A DNA stretch of 63,752 nucleotides, filler included. It is 5 parts of 5 records of this genome, joined end to end, with 100 filler letters (N's around TTAATTAATTAA, not from the genome) between each part and the next. Parts side by side here need not be neighbours in the genome. Positions count along the whole stretch, not along the records: positions 26,667 to 50,212 come from SRR31156797_1311; 4 more parts are not named here. One strand, 5' to 3'. Shown here piece after piece: positions 37,439 to 46,475 of this stretch; position 1 is the stretch's first letter, and every line of letters begins with the position of its first letter. Under the pieces are notes generated by a model. It searched no databases. It saw only the letters and a program-made list of their open reading frames with translations, and was not told the DNA's origin. Both the position numbers and the translations under genes were made by a program.

Positions 37439-39834
37439 GAATAAAGAAAAGAAAAACGGGTGGCAGTAATGCTGCGAATGTTGACAATGATAGCATTTTT
37501 TTAGATGGTGATTCTTTAATTAACAGTCCTTCAAACTATCAAATGAACCCAAATATTGTAATTTTTGATGATTTTGATTTTAGACTTGAAATAACTGAAT
37601 GGGCTATACGTTTGGATGTTACACCAGATTACTATAGCAGTCAATGGGAAATGTCAGGTGATAGGTATGGGGTTAAGGCAATGGACGGGCTTTTTATTGG
37701 ATCTGAACAATGGGAAAATCTTATTGCTGAGTATGGAAATACTCTATACATTGTCGCTTATGCTGGCTTAAGCAACTTAGATGACGAAAAACCTTTTAAG
37801 ATTTTAAAGTATGCAAGTTTAAAGAATTGGAAACAAATTGCCCCTGATGATGGGGTTGAATATGTACCTATCTATATCGCCAAAATTGAATTTGACCCAA
37901 CCAGCTTAAAACCGATTGTTGAAAACTGTAAATCTCACAAGTTTTACAAAAACAATCTCGTTGATTTTCAAGAGCAAATATTACCTGTTAAATCCGATAT
38001 TATTCAGAGAATACCAATAATCAACAAGGTTTACAGCAACATTAATCAAAGAGACAGATACAGAACCAGGTTAAAAGACGGACAAGTCGTAAAAGTAAAA
38101 AATGCAAGCGATGATCCCCAAATTATTAGCGGGTGGGCAATTTACAAGTACTATAAATTTTCAGATGAATTCAACCTGATAGCTGGTGAAAATGTTGTAT
38201 TGCCAGAAATCCCAAAACCTGAAATAAAAACAGACAATAAAACTATTTTTAAAGCTTCAATTACTGGTACTGACGTTTTATTTTCTCCCTCCCTTTTAAG
38301 TCCTTACGTTGAAAACATAAGAATTTTAGACCCTATTGATTATCGCTTTGTTGCTGGAAGTAGCAACTCGGAGCTAAAAGGTGTTTTTTCCGATGGTTCA
38401 GAGTGGAAAAATTTTCGAGTTGAAACTCCTGACGGAATTAAATTTATCAGATTGCAAGCGAAATCTTTTTATGCAACTGGCTTTCAAAATTGCGCTGGTA
38501 AACGTGTTTTTCTAGTTGCTTGGTGCAAGTATTACGATAATATAGATGGTGCAGTAAATAGCGTTAGTTTCAGTTTTAAGTCAAACGGTGAAATAAAAGA
38601 ATTAGAACAGGAAGATAGAACAACAACTAAAAAATTACCTCTTTTCTATATTTCTGCTGTTTTACCAGAATCAACAAGGCAACCGATAATACAAGACAGT
38701 ATCAGAGTTTCGCATCTTTGGAAGCAAGTATTTTATGGTGAAAAAATAGAAATTCCCGAACCTCAAGCACCTGAAGTAAAAACAGATAATAAAACAATTT
38801 ACAAGTATCCTGATCAAACACTGATTGTTCCTGATGCAAAAAAATGTTATCGACATGATATTTTCATAAATGAAGATTTTGACTTTGATTTTAATTATTC
38901 AGATCCTTCAAAAATTATCGTTTTTCCTAAAAGTGCTGATAGCGGAGGGAACAGGCTTATTGATATAACAATCAAAGGAACTAAGAAGAAAATCAAGCTT
39001 TCAAAATTAGAATTACCTATAAACATACCAGCGGGTAGCTTTGGAACTCATTGTAATTTCATGGTAATAGCTCATGTAGTTGATGATATCGGCGGTAAAA
39101 AAATGGACTATGGAGCGGATACGGGCGAATACCCTTGTATGATTTCACCTGACAATTCCGGCACCAATGTTGATAGAATTGCCCTATTTGCTTTAAGTGT
39201 TCGTAAGCCTCTACAAGGGCAACAATGGAAAGTTGAAACAGTACAGCTCTATAAGTGGTGGAAACAAATCGTTTTACCGTATTCACCAGATGAATTGCCC
39301 ACCCATGAACATGACTATACTCAACCTGACAATACAAGCATTGTATTTAATTTGAATAAGAAGTTAGTCGCTTATGATGCTTTACAAACAAATCACCATA
39401 GTTTCAGAGTGTTTGAGGATTTTGATTTCAAGGTGATTGTAAACAATCAAAATAGTATCAGCTTTAGACCTACAGGAGGAAACAGGATAATAAAAGCTTC
39501 TAAGTTTGGTAAAGATTTGCACTTGCATTTAAATAAAATCACCTGGCAAATTCAAGCGGCAAATCGAGGAAAATGGTCATATCGTGTATTGGTTGGAAAA
39601 CTGACCGAAACCAATATAACAACCTTACAAGATTTAGGTTCTTATAGCTCTGAACTACCGCCTGAAATTTCAAAAGAAAATTACGCGGCACCATTAGCAT
39701 TGATTAGAATATTTTTACCCGAAGAAGGTACAGACATTGACGAAAACAAAATCGAAGTGTATCAACTTCACAAAAAGTACCTGGGAACATTTGATCAACT
39801 AATGGAAAATTGGCAATCAAAACAAAACCAATAA
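37435..39834 (+). CDS. Large repeat-module protein, putative spike/receptor-binding protein
   Basis: Four modules each opening DN(D/K/T)(S/T)I, with a downstream DFDF-like motif; last gene of the structural operon. Confidence 0.55.
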   Translation: MRIKKRKTGGSNAANVDNDSIFLDGDSLINSPSNYQMNPNIVIFDDFDFRLEITEWAIRLDVTPDYYSSQWEMSGDRYGVKAMDGLFIGSEQWENLIAEYGNTLYIVAYAGLSNLDDEKPFKILKYASLKNWKQIAPDDGVEYVPIYIAKIEFDPTSLKPIVENCKSHKFYKNNLVDFQEQILPVKSDIIQRIPIINKVYSNINQRDRYRTRLKDGQVVKVKNASDDPQIISGWAIYKYYKFSDEFNLIAGENVVLPEIPKPEIKTDNKTIFKASITGTDVLFSPSLLSPYVENIRILDPIDYRFVAGSSNSELKGVFSDGSEWKNFRVETPDGIKFIRLQAKSFYATGFQNCAGKRVFLVAWCKYYDNIDGAVNSVSFSFKSNGEIKELEQEDRTTTKKLPLFYISAVLPESTRQPIIQDSIRVSHLWKQVFYGEKIEIPEPQAPEVKTDNKTIYKYPDQTLIVPDAKKCYRHDIFINEDFDFDFNYSDPSKIIVFPKSADSGGNRLIDITIKGTKKKIKLSKLELPINIPAGSFGTHCNFMVIAHVVDDIGGKKMDYGADTGEYPCMISPDNSGTNVDRIALFALSVRKPLQGQQWKVETVQLYKWWKQIVLPYSPDELPTHEHDYTQPDNTSIVFNLNKKLVAYDALQTNHHSFRVFEDFDFKVIVNNQNSISFRPTGGNRIIKASKFGKDLHLHLNKITWQIQAANRGKWSYRVLVGKLTETNITTLQDLGSYSSELPPEISKENYAAPLALIRIFLPEEGTDIDENKIEVYQLHKKYLGTFDQLMENWQSKQNQ

Positions 39835-39839
39835 ACAAG

Positions 39840-39865
39840 AAAGAGAGCTTTACAGCTCTCTTTTT
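39840..39865 (+). terminator. Terminator of the structural operon
   Basis: AAAGAGAGC-TTTACA-GCTCTCTTT plus T tract. Confidence 0.8.
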
Positions 39866-39992
39866 ATTATTAGTAGTGTTCTATCATACAGAATCTTATA
39901 AAAATAATTTTTCTGTATCTCTATAAAATAGATTATATTAGATATTCTATTAAAAACAATCACCCATTATTAAATTTAAAAGACTAATAATC

Positions 39993-41000
39993 ATGAAATT
40001 CATTAAAATTATTTTCTCGTATTTACTTGTTGTATTTGTTACAACTGCTTACTGTCAAAATTCTGGAACTACTATTAATTTAAGTGATCATACAAAAGAG
40101 ATCAAGCTAGATTCTTCCTTTGAACATGACAAATGGGGAACTTCTCCAATCGATCTTAAGTATGATTTTGCCGCTTTTATCTCCTCATTCGATTCAAGTG
40201 ATCCGAACATGAAAAATGATAAAAATATTTCATGGGGAATTCCTGAGTGGGTTGCTTTTGAGATCAAAAAAGCACCAAAACCAAACAAATTCAAAAGACC
40301 ATCACCTTGGCTAACCGATGAAAAGCTAAATCTAAATGGATTAGCTCCAAATGATGATACATATGCTGTTTCAGGAACAAAGAAATTAAATATAGTTAGT
40401 ACTGATTATCGCTATGTAAGAGGACATCTCTGTCCTTTTGCCACTGCTTCACGAATTAGTCCTGAAGCTGCATGGAATACTTGTATTATAATGAATGCAG
40501 TACCTCAGTTACAATGGCAAAACAATGGGATTTGGAAAGAATTGGAAATCAACTGTACTGATTGGGCAAATCAACATGAAAGAGTATGGGTAATTTGTGG
40601 CCCAGTCTTTTTTAACAACGAACCAGCGGTATGGTTGGGTCAAAACAATGAAGTTAGGGCAGCTGTTCCGGATGCTCTATTTAAAATTGTTATTCGTGAA
40701 GCTAATACAGATACAGGAGTCGAAACTTTGTCTTTTTTAATACCTAATGTTATTCCTAAAAATAGAAAACTTCATGAATTTGTAACAAGCATTAATAAAA
40801 TTGAATCTTTAACAGGATTGAATTTTCTTAACAACCTGGCACCACAAAAAAGAAAGGTAGAAAAAACTAAACATGTTATTCCTCCACTTCCTACTTCTTA
40901 TAAGAATATGACCAAAAGTGAAAAAAGGAAATTTAAGGAAAAGAGACTAAAAGAGTTCTACTCTACTAATCAGAATTTAATATCATCTTGGACTAAGTAA
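39993..41000 (+). CDS. Secreted DNA/RNA non-specific endonuclease (NucA/His-Me family)
   Basis: Signal peptide; PEWVA, RGHLCP, NAVPQ..NNGIWKELE, VPDALFKIV, IESLTGLNF. Confidence 0.9.
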   Translation: MKFIKIIFSYLLVVFVTTAYCQNSGTTINLSDHTKEIKLDSSFEHDKWGTSPIDLKYDFAAFISSFDSSDPNMKNDKNISWGIPEWVAFEIKKAPKPNKFKRPSPWLTDEKLNLNGLAPNDDTYAVSGTKKLNIVSTDYRYVRGHLCPFATASRISPEAAWNTCIIMNAVPQLQWQNNGIWKELEINCTDWANQHERVWVICGPVFFNNEPAVWLGQNNEVRAAVPDALFKIVIREANTDTGVETLSFLIPNVIPKNRKLHEFVTSINKIESLTGLNFLNNLAPQKRKVEKTKHVIPPLPTSYKNMTKSEKRKFKEKRLKEFYSTNQNLISSWTK

Positions 41001-41036
41001 TAATATAAAATTTATAATTAAAATACACTTTAAATG

Positions 41037-41066
41037 AAACAAGAGAGCTCAATGGCTCTCTTGTTT
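41037..41066. terminator. Bidirectional terminator
   Basis: AAACAAGAGAGC-TCAATG-GCTCTCTTGTTT between convergent genes. Confidence 0.8.
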
Positions 41067-41139
41067 TGTATACACGTATTGTTATTTTGTTAATAATATA
41101 ATGTGATATAATATTATATTTGCGACCCTTTATTGTAAA

Positions 41140-41541
41140 TTATGCTGAGTTGCGACCTTTACTTTCCGTACTGTCCGTGTTGCTTGACTCTTTACTTTGG
41201 TAAGCTCGTATAGTTTCAGTTTTACTTTCAAGTAATTGCTGTAACATGTCAATTTTTTCTTTCAAGCGTTCGCAATTTTCACAATCTCCAATGCCGCTAA
41301 CCTCTGTATCCCGTTTTTTTTCGTCCGTTAAAATCATTTCACCATTTCCTGTAAGGAGCCATGTTGGATTCAAGTCAATGTAAACTTGGAAAATTCGCTC
41401 TAACTTATCAGACCCAATCGTTTTACCTCCCCTTATAGCTTTAGCAATAATACCATTTGAAAAACCCAGCTCACTCTCAAACTTATTTACTGAGAATTTT
41501 CTTAATTTAATATACTCTGACAATCTGGCAATTACGCTCAT
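41140..41541 (-). CDS. CI-like XRE repressor without S24 peptidase domain
   Basis: FESELGFSNG...LNPTWLLTGNGEM HTH signature; C-terminal CENC and coiled coil; divergent from the cro-like gene. Confidence 0.8.
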   Translation of the reverse strand: MSVIARLSEYIKLRKFSVNKFESELGFSNGIIAKAIRGGKTIGSDKLERIFQVYIDLNPTWLLTGNGEMILTDEKKRDTEVSGIGDCENCERLKEKIDMLQQLLESKTETIRAYQSKESSNTDSTESKGRNSA

Positions 41542-41639
41542 TACATTTTATTTTTAATGCTTTTTTTCCGAGGCAGACTTTCATCTTAGGAAAATTCGCA
41601 TTAGTTTTGTTCTGAAATAATCAATCAATAATCAAAGAT

Positions 41640-41834
41640 ATGAAAAATGAGCAATTAGAAAAAAGACCTTTAGCTCCTCTCATGCGTGCTATGAAAATCG
41701 GTGAAATAGAGTTTTACCCACGAAGTCAGTACCGATCAATTAGCACAACAGCAAGTAACCTACATATTGAGGAGGATAAAAAATTTTCAAAAAAACGAAA
41801 TGGAAACATTGTTGAGGTAAAGCGTATCGCCTAA
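41640..41834 (+). CDS. Cro-like small DNA-binding protein
   Basis: 64-aa basic protein divergent from the repressor; TAGTTTTG -7 box at 41602-41609. Confidence 0.55.
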   Translation: MKNEQLEKRPLAPLMRAMKIGEIEFYPRSQYRSISTTASNLHIEEDKKFSKKRNGNIVEVKRIA

Positions 41835-41895
41835 TCAAAATGCAAGCTATCAATAATTCTAAGAAACCAATTTAAGAATACGTCCCAGAAATAAT

Positions 41896-42102
41896 ATGTC
41901 ACAGGCAGTTGAAACAATATTAAGTGTAATTGATGGTATGAACCTAACCGATCAGGATAGGTTAATACTCATTGATAAACTTAGTGGTTCCGCAAAAAAT
42001 AAGCCTGCTAAAAAGCCAATGACCGAAAAAGAGCTTTATGCAAGAGAATTTGAAAGATGGGTTGTTGAGCAAAAGATATTGTTTCCACCAAAAAGATATT
42101 AA
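41896..42102 (+). CDS. Hypothetical early protein
   Basis: 68-aa ORF in the early operon. Confidence 0.55.
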   Translation: MSQAVETILSVIDGMNLTDQDRLILIDKLSGSAKNKPAKKPMTEKELYAREFERWVVEQKILFPPKRY

Positions 42103-42106
42103 AACC

Positions 42107-42298
42107 GTGAAGAAAATTAACCCGAATATCATAGCTATCCTAGTATCGCAAATAATCTGTGCTGGTATTTTATCCACAGGAAACCCAGAGGAAGAAACGT
42201 TAATTCAAATACTTGCAATATCTGTTTATTTATTGCTTTTGGCTGTTTCTACAATAGCATTGTTCTTCATCATTTTTGAAAAAAAGAAAACCCTATGA
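42107..42298 (+). CDS. Small 2-TM protein
   Basis: GTG at 42107 after the upstream stop; two hydrophobic segments. Confidence 0.5.
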   Translation: MKKINPNIIAILVSQIICAGILSTGNPEEETLIQILAISVYLLLLAVSTIALFFIIFEKKKTL

Positions 42299-42459
42299 AA
42301 ATATTTAGAATCGCATTCCTAGCACTTGCCCTATGTGCTTTTATTGGAATCTGCACGGGTGCATATCATCAAGTTATAAGCTTGATTATTTGTCTTATCG
42401 CTCAGGCTTGTTGCACAACTCCTAAAACCCAGCAACTACAGCCCATTCAAAGAGAATAA
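42295..42459 (+). CDS. 54-aa Cys-rich membrane peptide (absent from the ORF track)
   Basis: ATGA overlap with the upstream gene; MKIFRIAFLALALCAFIGICTGAYHQVISLIICLIAQACC... Confidence 0.5.
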   Translation: MKIFRIAFLALALCAFIGICTGAYHQVISLIICLIAQACCTTPKTQQLQPIQRE

Positions 42460-42483
42460 CGCAAAAAAATTAGGGTATAGTTG

Positions 42484-42512
42484 CCGCACTTTTAAACGTG
42501 CGGATTTTTTTT
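42484..42512 (+). terminator. Hairpin plus T tract upstream of rep (terminator/attenuator)
   Basis: CCGCAC-TTTTAAAC-GTGCGG followed by ATTTTTTTT. Confidence 0.55.
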
Positions 42513-42558
42513 GATTTGTCCCAATTAAAAAATAAAAACGCAGCTACATAAGGTACGC

Positions 42559-43986
42559 ATGCCGCATTATTTTCTCTTAAAAAACCTCACTCTCTCACCG
42601 TTGATCGATTACGTTAATATACTTCTATCTGACTTTGATTTTAAAGTCTGGAAATCTGATTCACGATTGCAATTTCAGTTTAAAATTGCAGATGAATTAG
42701 ACAAGTATGGTAATGTAATTCAAACAAGTAGTGAAATAGCTCAATACAAAGGATTAGATTTTATTCACACATTATCTGGTCAATGCCTTATAAAAGGTTC
42801 AATACATAGATTTTTTAATGCGGGTGGAAACAACGGGAACCGTTTTACTTTCTCTCATTTCATTAAAGCCATTGAAGAATTAGAAGAGTTCGGGGTTAAA
42901 CCAGATAAAGCCATACTTAAAAGCTTCGAATTTGGTTTGAATTTATCCATCAAAGAAAAACACCTCACCGCCAAAAGCTTTTACAATTCAATTATTTACC
43001 GCTCTGGTGAGGTTGAAAAATGCATGAGTGATGATGGTAACAACCTTATAGGAAAACAATTTGTTACCGAGGATACCACGGTTAAGAGCTACGATAAAAA
43101 ACAGCAAGCTACATTGCAATGCACTCATGAATTGGTACGCTATGAATTAAGATTTAGACGAATGAGGTTAATCAAACGTCTTGGCATTACTACTCTTCAA
43201 GATTTAACCGATAAAAATAAACTGATAGAACTGTTTGAAAAGAAGTTATTAAAATCTGTTTCGGAAAGCATTTATTTAGATTGGAAAGCTCTACCGAACA
43301 CTAATAAACTCCCTGATTATCAGAAAAAGAAATTTTTAAATTGGAGAAATCCTAAATGGTGGAAAGAAAAAAGCATGACCGCCAAAATCAGAAATAAAAA
43401 TAAAATCAGCTTCGAAAAACTTATTGGAAAACATGCTAAATACGACATTAAAGAGATTCTTAAACAAAAGATTATCAGCGAATTTAACAATGTAATTGAG
43501 TCTTCAGACTTCCAACAAAATAACAACACGCAGAAAAAGGGAGGGATATATGCCGCTTGTATTGTTAGCGGCAACCGTGTCGAGGAAACGAACACGGTTA
43601 AAAAGAAATATTGTAAGATATGCGGTAAGGACATTTCCCACCTGAAAAAGGATGCCAAGTACTGCAATGATAATCGAAAATGCAGAGATAAGGCTTATAA
43701 CATGAAAGTCTCTGAACAAAGAAGAGCGAAGCGAACCCAGAAACAAAAAGAAATCCTAAAACTCATAAAAGAGCTTGGAAATGATTTGAAGCTCACCAAA
43801 ACCACAAATCCAGACATAAGGAAAAAAGCTGGCATACCTAGTAAAAAGACATCAATAATTGTATCAGTCAATGGTAGGGAAAAGCTTTACAATGGAGCTG
43901 CCGCCCGTTTCTTCCTTAAAGAGTTTGAAAAGAAAAAGAAGCACAAACCACAGAAAAACCCAGAGGATGAAACAAAAGATACTTGA
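42559..43986 (+). CDS. Rep_trans-like rolling-circle replication initiator with C-terminal Zn finger
   Basis: GSIHRF...FEFGLNL...KSYDK...LVRYELR pattern; CKICG...KYCNDNRKC. Start may be TTG 42601. Confidence 0.65.
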   Translation: MPHYFLLKNLTLSPLIDYVNILLSDFDFKVWKSDSRLQFQFKIADELDKYGNVIQTSSEIAQYKGLDFIHTLSGQCLIKGSIHRFFNAGGNNGNRFTFSHFIKAIEELEEFGVKPDKAILKSFEFGLNLSIKEKHLTAKSFYNSIIYRSGEVEKCMSDDGNNLIGKQFVTEDTTVKSYDKKQQATLQCTHELVRYELRFRRMRLIKRLGITTLQDLTDKNKLIELFEKKLLKSVSESIYLDWKALPNTNKLPDYQKKKFLNWRNPKWWKEKSMTAKIRNKNKISFEKLIGKHAKYDIKEILKQKIISEFNNVIESSDFQQNNNTQKKGGIYAACIVSGNRVEETNTVKKKYCKICGKDISHLKKDAKYCNDNRKCRDKAYNMKVSEQRRAKRTQKQKEILKLIKELGNDLKLTKTTNPDIRKKAGIPSKKTSIIVSVNGREKLYNGAAARFFLKEFEKKKKHKPQKNPEDETKDT

Positions 43987-44311
43987 AACAATCCAAAGGA
44001 TGACAAATGAAAAGATTAAAGCCAGAAAAGCCCCTTTTCATGTCATGTACATGGATTTAAGAAGAAAATTCAATGACGAAAGCAAACTAATTGAAGGAAT
44101 TAGAGAATTGATAAAAGAAAAGAGAGTTAAAGCAGGTCACACTCTAAACGATAGATATTTAAAACCAATACAACCAATGAAGAAATCCGAAACAAATTTA
44201 AATCATGAGATTTGGTATAGTTGCGATTGCTGCAACTTCCAGTACGACTTAAGAGAATCATGTTCTTGTCCTATTTGTAGAACCCACAAATCCGAAAGTT
44301 ATGGTATTTGA
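43967..44311 (+). CDS. Small winged-helix-like protein with C-terminal Zn ribbon
   Basis: ATG at 43967; GHTLNDRY wing; CDCC...CPIC. Confidence 0.55.
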   Translation: MKQKILETIQRMTNEKIKARKAPFHVMYMDLRRKFNDESKLIEGIRELIKEKRVKAGHTLNDRYLKPIQPMKKSETNLNHEIWYSCDCCNFQYDLRESCSCPICRTHKSESYGI

Positions 44312-44480
44312 AACAATGAGTCGAAAAGAACTTGCCATAAAAATGGATATATCAAGAACAACACTTTACCGTCGAATGTTAGAATTGGATCCAGAGTATC
44401 AAAAGGCAATAGCTGGTAAAATTTTACTAGCTGAAGATGTAGAATATATTTACTATCAAATACAGAAAACAAAAAGATAG
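44301..44480 (+). CDS. 59-aa HTH protein (excisionase/activator candidate; absent from the ORF track)
   Basis: MVFETMSRKELAIKMDISRTTLYRRM...: classic HTH; overlaps the upstream stop. Confidence 0.7.
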   Translation: MVFETMSRKELAIKMDISRTTLYRRMLELDPEYQKAIAGKILLAEDVEYIYYQIQKTKR

Positions 44481-44597
44481 GGTTCAATTTAGGGTATACC
44501 TGAAACGGAACCCAAAAAGAGAGGTGTATTATGATTTTCTCCGCTTTACTCCTCCTACTCTGAACCCACTTTAATTTTGAACAGAAAAATAATAAAT

Positions 44598-45425
44598 ATG
44601 AATGAAATTAAAATTGCTTGGTGGAGTGCTGGAATAACTTCTGCAGTTGCATGTAAAATGGCTCTTGAGATGTACGATAATGTTGAATTATACTATATCG
44701 AAACAGGTTCATCTCACCCAGATAATGAAAGATTTAAAACGGATTGCGAAAAATGGTATGGAAAAAAAATTCATACTGTGAAAAATAATAAAGGTTATAA
44801 AAACCATTTCGATGTTATTCGGAAAACCAGATATATAAATGGACCAGATGGAGCACGATGCACAAAAGAGCTTAAAAAAGAAGTCCGATTTACTCTTGAA
44901 AAAAAATTTATAGGTGCAACTTTATTCGAGCCTAATAATCCTGTGCTTACAAATCAAATATTTGGATTTGAATTTACTAAAAAAGAAATCAACCGAGCAA
45001 TCCGTTTCTTACAGCAATATCCAAAAGCAAAAGCTTTAATGCCTTTAATCGAAAAAGGGCTAACAAAAGATAATTGTGCCGCAATAATCGAAAAAGCAGG
45101 AATTGATCTGCCAATCATGTACAAACTTGGTTATGCAAATAATAATTGCATCGGATGTAACAAAGGCGCAATGGATTATTGGAACAAAATTAGAATTGAC
45201 TTTCCTCTGGTATTTGATGAAATGAATTATTGGGAGCAACATATAGGACACAGTTGCATAAAAGATTTATTCCTTAAAGATTTAAAACCTAATCAAGGTA
45301 GAAAAACTAAAATTGTAATGCCTGATTGTGGTTCATTTTGTGAAATAGAATTTGAAGACATACCAGCTAAGAGTTTAGAGGATGTTATTAAAGGAAGTAA
45401 AACAATTTATGAAGCTGCTGCTTAA
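44598..45425 (+). CDS. PAPS-reductase-like / adenine nucleotide alpha-hydrolase family protein
   Basis: WWSAGITSAVA PP-loop variant, CTKELK, YKLGYANNNCIGC, CGSFC. Confidence 0.75.
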   Translation: MNEIKIAWWSAGITSAVACKMALEMYDNVELYYIETGSSHPDNERFKTDCEKWYGKKIHTVKNNKGYKNHFDVIRKTRYINGPDGARCTKELKKEVRFTLEKKFIGATLFEPNNPVLTNQIFGFEFTKKEINRAIRFLQQYPKAKALMPLIEKGLTKDNCAAIIEKAGIDLPIMYKLGYANNNCIGCNKGAMDYWNKIRIDFPLVFDEMNYWEQHIGHSCIKDLFLKDLKPNQGRKTKIVMPDCGSFCEIEFEDIPAKSLEDVIKGSKTIYEAAA

Positions 45426-45454
45426 TAAAACAATCACAAGCAAAAAATAAAAAA

Positions 45455-45565
45455 GAGTGGTACAATTAAAGTACACTTTTGCCGAACCATATATAAAGTG
45501 GTTCGATAAATGTAAAAAACAATGTAAAATGTACCGCAATTAAGAAACCACTTAAAACGTACTAC
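45455..45565. promoter_or_regulatory. Putative res site of the resolvase
   Basis: Several short imperfect repeats (AGTGGTAC, GTACACT, AAGTGGTTC, AACCACTT, GTAC) directly upstream of the resolvase. Confidence 0.45.
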
Positions 45566-45568
45566 CAA

Positions 45569-46210
45569 ATGAGAGTTTACGGATATTTACGAGCATCAAC
45601 TAAAGATCAAGATGCAAATCGAGCAAAAAACACATTGATAGATTTTGCCGATAGTTTGAAAATAAAAATTTCGGCTTGGTTCGTCGAAAACGAATCAGGC
45701 GCAAAATTAAATCGCCCTGAATTATTTCGGCTTCTTGAATTCGCAGAGTCAGGAGATGCAATTCTGATTGAACAAGTAGACAGGATAACCAGATTATCAG
45801 AAAATGATTGGAAAAAATTAAAACAGATTATTGTAAGCAATAACATCAAGATTATATCGATGGATTTACCGACCAGTTACAAAATGGCAAAATCTACAGA
45901 TGAATTTCAAGAAAGAATTTTAGAGGCGGTAAATTCCATGATGCTGGATGTATTAGCAGCTACTGCGAGAAAAGATTATACGGACAGACGAAGAAGGCAA
46001 GCAGAAGGAATAAAAAAAGCTAAAACACTTAAAAAATACAAAGGTCGCCCCGAAGATTTTGAGTTGCAAGAAAAAATTAAAAGTTTGCTCACTGACAGTA
46101 AAAGCTGGAACTACATTCAAAATATTCTTGGATGTTCTCGAGGTACAATATCAAAAGTAAATAAGAGAATCCAAAGAGAACATATTAAAACCAATGAACA
46201 AGAGCTGTAA
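45569..46210 (+). CDS. Serine recombinase (resolvase family)
   Basis: YLRASTKDQ catalytic Ser, ESGA..RPEL, DRITR, YKGRP, C-terminal HTH. Confidence 0.92.
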   Translation: MRVYGYLRASTKDQDANRAKNTLIDFADSLKIKISAWFVENESGAKLNRPELFRLLEFAESGDAILIEQVDRITRLSENDWKKLKQIIVSNNIKIISMDLPTSYKMAKSTDEFQERILEAVNSMMLDVLAATARKDYTDRRRRQAEGIKKAKTLKKYKGRPEDFELQEKIKSLLTDSKSWNYIQNILGCSRGTISKVNKRIQREHIKTNEQEL

Positions 46211-46365
46211 AAGACAGCTCTTTTTTTATGGAATCAATGAAGGATTCTAATTCAATTCTGAAAAATACACAGATGCTATTATTTACATTAAAAATGGTAT
46301 CGACATTAAGGATTATAAAACAATGAACTTTTCTTATATTGCGACCAAATAAGTTAGGCTTGAAT

Positions 46366-46475
46366 ATGAACCGAACTAAAGAATCCTGAAAAGAAAAAGG
46401 ATTAATAAAATCGCTGACATTCTGCAAGTACAGGTAACTGACTTGATCCAAAACAAAAACATTAAAAATGACTGA
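46366..46475 (+). pseudogene. Internally deleted XRE-HTH regulator upstream of the R-M genes
   Basis: MNRTKES*KEKG, then in a shifted frame INKIADILQVQVTDLI...; both termini of a Bacteroidota XRE protein are present but the HTH core is missing. Confidence 0.6.
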
